Positions 29,403 through 32,000 of a stretch of DNA of 32,000 nt are shown in pieces (position 1 is the first letter of the stretch; each line of letters opens with the position of its first letter). Under the pieces are notes generated by a model, which searched no databases, had not been told where the DNA came from, and was given only the letters and a program-made list of their open reading frames with translations. Source of the DNA: Raphidiopsis brookii D9 (lineage in GTDB: Bacteria; Cyanobacteriota; Cyanobacteriia; Cyanobacteriales; Nostocaceae); contig ACYB01000035.1 in the NCBI GenBank assembly GCA_000175855.1, positions 270,001 to 302,000 of the forward strand. The letters run 5' to 3'. The position numbers were made by a program, and so were the translations under genes.

Positions 29403-32000
29403 TTATTGTTCTGAGAATTTTCTAGCAGCTAAATACTGATACATTTGCCAGCGAGTATTCACATCTTCCTGAGCGGATTGGAGTAAATCCTTAGCTCGTC
29501 CGGGGTTAATTTTGGTGAGCATTTTGAACCTATTTTCCATATACATGGAATTTTCTACAGGTATTCTAGGGTGGCGAGAATCAAGCTGTAGAGGGTTTAA
29601 TCCCTGTAGCAATCGGTCAGGATGATAACGATATAATAACCATCTTCCTGAATCCACAGCAGCTTTTTGATTTTGCATCGCTGTGCTCATATTAATACCA
29701 TGAGCAATACAATGACTGTAGGCAATAATTAGGGATGGTCCATCGTAAGCTTCTGCTTCTAAAAATGCCCTTAAGGTGTGTTCATCTCTTGCTCCCATGG
29801 CCACACTAGCAACGTAAACATTACCATAGTTCATAGCCATTAAACCCAGATCTTTTTTAGCTGCTGGTTTACCTCCTGCAGCAAATTTAGCCACTGCACC
29901 TTTGGGGGTAGATTTGGACATTTGTCCACCAGTATTAGAATAAACTTCTGTGTCCAATACTAAAATATTTACATTAGTTCCACTAGCAATGACATGATCT
30001 AATCCACCGTAACCAATATCATAGGCCCAACCGTCACCTCCAATAATCCATACACTCTTTTTCACCAGGTAGTCAGCTAGGGATTGGAGATTTTTGACCT
30101 GATTGCTGATTTCCGATTCCCCTAGTTCCTCCAGTCTTTGTTTGAGAACTGACACCCGTTCTCTTTGCTCGTAAATATCCGCTTCAGTTTTTTGTTCACA
30201 GTTGAGAATTTCACTAACTAAATTTTCCCCTATACCTATATGGGATATATGGGATGCTAATTGTTGTAGCAAATAAGCTGCTGTTTCCTGTTGTTTATTT
30301 ATAGAAACCCGAAAACCTAGACCAAATTCCGCATTATCTTCAAATAGACTATTAGACCAAGCTGGACCTCTTCCCTGGGAGTTTTTTGTCCAAGGTGTGG
30401 TGGGTAAATTACCACCATATATAGATGAACAACCCGTCGCATTGGCCACAACCATGCGATCGCCAAATAATTGACTCACTAATTTAATATAAGGTGTTTC
30501 ACCACATCCTGCACAAGCACCTGAGAACTCAAATAGGGGTTCTTGCATTTGTTGTTGATTAATATGGTGCAAATTTAAACCCCTCCGGTCTGGATTGGGT
30601 AAATTCAAGAAGAAATCCCAATTTTCCCGTTCTTGTTCTCTTAATGGTCTTTGCTGTACCATATTGATAGCTTTTTTCTTCGGTTCGGCTTTATTTTTAG
30701 CTGGACACACATCAACGCACAAAGCACAACCTGTACAGTCTTCCGCTGCAACCTGAATGGTAAATTTCAATTCATGCCAATCGTGTTCTTTAGCATTAGC
30801 GGTTTTAAAAGTAGGAGGTGCATTTACCAGCTCTTCAGGTTGATAAACCTTACTTCTAATTACGCTATGAGGACAAACCATGACGCATTTACCACATTGA
30901 ATACAAACTTGGGGATCCCAAACTGGTATTTCCTGAGCAATATTGCGTTTTTCCCATTTTGATGTTCCCGTGGGATATGTACCATCTACAGGTAAACAAC
31001 TAACTGGTAAATCATCCCCTTCTCGAGCTATCATTTTGCCTAACACATCTTTGACGAATATAGGTGCATGATCGGGGATAGTTGATTGTAGGGGGGAGGT
31101 AGCTAATGCTGCTTTTGGGGTAATTTGGTGTAAATTGTCTAGGGTTTTATCCACTGCTTGTATATTCATAGCCACAATTTCTTCACCCTTTTTACCGTAG
31201 GTTTTGCGAATGGATTTTTTAATCTTTTCTATGGCTTCTTCCCTAGGTAAAATACCAGAAACAGCAAAGAAACAGACCTGCATGACGGTGTTAATATATC
31301 CACCCATACCGGAATCTCTGGCAACTTTGTAGGCATTAATTACATAGAATTTGATTTGTTTATTGATAATTTCTGCTTGTAAAGAGTTGGGTAGTTTATC
31401 CCATACTTCTTCTGGGTTATATGGTGAATTGAGGAGAAATGTCCCACCGGGAACAAGGTCTTTCAACAGGGGAAATTTTTCCACAAATTCCCATTGATGA
31501 CAACCTAGGAAATTAGCTTTGGTGATTAAATAAGTGGCACGAATTGGTTGAGAACCAAATCGTAAATGAGAAACGGTAACTGAGCCAGATTTTTTAGAAT
31601 CATAGACGAAGTAACCCTGGGCATAATTGTCAGTTTCCTCGCCAATAATTTTGATTGAGTTTTTGTTAGCACCAACCGTACCATCAGCACCTAAACCATA
31701 GAATATGGCTCTCACAATACTATCCGATTCAATGTTAAATTCAGAATCGTATTCTAAACTACTATGGGTCACATCATCCCTGATACCAACTGTAAAATGG
31801 TTTTTAGTAGATATATTCTGATTTGAATCATTGACTCTGGGGAGTAAATGGTCAAACACAGCTTTTACCATAGCAGGTGTAAATTCTTTTGATGATAGCC
31901 CATATCTACCACCTACCACCTGAATTTTATGCAGTTGGGCTTCTCTTAATGCGGTAACAACATCTATATATAGAGGTTCACCAATTGCTCCCGGTTCCTT
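29403..32000 (-). CDS. nifJ: pyruvate:ferredoxin (flavodoxin) oxidoreductase, 5' end beyond window (partial)
   Basis: The ORF stays open upstream of the listed Met (EPGAIGEPLYIDVVTALREAQLHKIQVVGGRYGLSSKEF) to the window edge; two 4Fe-4S motifs (CIQCGKCVMVCPHS, CTGCALCVDVCPAK); CSGAC..CGETPY; TPP motif GDGWAYDIGYGGLDHV. Confidence 0.95.
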   Translation of the reverse strand, partial: KEPGAIGEPLYIDVVTALREAQLHKIQVVGGRYGLSSKEFTPAMVKAVFDHLLPRVNDSNQNISTKNHFTVGIRDDVTHSSLEYDSEFNIESDSIVRAIFYGLGADGTVGANKNSIKIIGEETDNYAQGYFVYDSKKSGSVTVSHLRFGSQPIRATYLITKANFLGCHQWEFVEKFPLLKDLVPGGTFLLNSPYNPEEVWDKLPNSLQAEIINKQIKFYVINAYKVARDSGMGGYINTVMQVCFFAVSGILPREEAIEKIKKSIRKTYGKKGEEIVAMNIQAVDKTLDNLHQITPKAALATSPLQSTIPDHAPIFVKDVLGKMIAREGDDLPVSCLPVDGTYPTGTSKWEKRNIAQEIPVWDPQVCIQCGKCVMVCPHSVIRSKVYQPEELVNAPPTFKTANAKEHDWHELKFTIQVAAEDCTGCALCVDVCPAKNKAEPKKKAINMVQQRPLREQERENWDFFLNLPNPDRRGLNLHHINQQQMQEPLFEFSGACAGCGETPYIKLVSQLFGDRMVVANATGCSSIYGGNLPTTPWTKNSQGRGPAWSNSLFEDNAEFGLGFRVSINKQQETAAYLLQQLASHISHIGIGENLVSEILNCEQKTEADIYEQRERVSVLKQRLEELGESEISNQVKNLQSLADYLVKKSVWIIGGDGWAYDIGYGGLDHVIASGTNVNILVLDTEVYSNTGGQMSKSTPKGAVAKFAAGGKPAAKKDLGLMAMNYGNVYVASVAMGARDEHTLRAFLEAEAYDGPSLIIAYSHCIAHGINMSTAMQNQKAAVDSGRWLLYRYHPDRLLQGLNPLQLDSRHPRIPVENSMYMENRFKMLTKINPGRAKDLLQSAQEDVNTRWQMYQYLAARKFSEQ

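Noticed and set aside
30651-30962. Plus-strand ORF antisense to nifJ
   Set aside because: Lies opposite the ferredoxin-type Fe-S motif region of nifJ; no independent support.
1-32000. Defence island, phage or mobile element, biosynthetic cluster
   Set aside because: No transposase, integrase, toxin-antitoxin, cas, restriction or NRPS/PKS sequences recognised; gene content is housekeeping and regulatory.

Overview
This 32 kb window is a chromosomal segment of a filamentous cyanobacterium. The evidence is the protein families, HIP1 octamers (GCGATCGC), a petJ/chlI/secDF housekeeping context, and the zwf-opcA and nifJ/DHODH-like pairs. It is strikingly rich in central carbon metabolism: pdhB, glucokinase, pdhA, fbp, zwf-opcA, a PEP synthase, pfkA and nifJ. 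I found no CRISPR array, transposase, rRNA, tRNA or obvious defence/secondary-metabolite locus, and no convincing new multi-gene system. The most notable signals are broken or altered genes. (1) The PEP synthase ORF has an apparent in-frame internal deletion of roughly 200+ codons that removes most of the C-terminal catalytic barrel but keeps the extreme C-terminus. (2) Four genes carry single-nucleotide frame disruptions whose other-frame continuation restores family-like sequence: NYN/OST-HTH protein, TonB C-terminus, CheR-PAS protein at an A9 run, and pfkA C-terminus. (3) The gene expected between fbp and zwf (tal) is absent, with only a short coding-like scrap there. (4) The TonB-like gene has an 18-bp VNTR, and the CheR-PAS gene has a 21-bp heptad array. 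Homopolymer sequencing errors are a serious alternative explanation for item 2 and need raw-read checking. All family calls come from reading the sequence; no database search was run.
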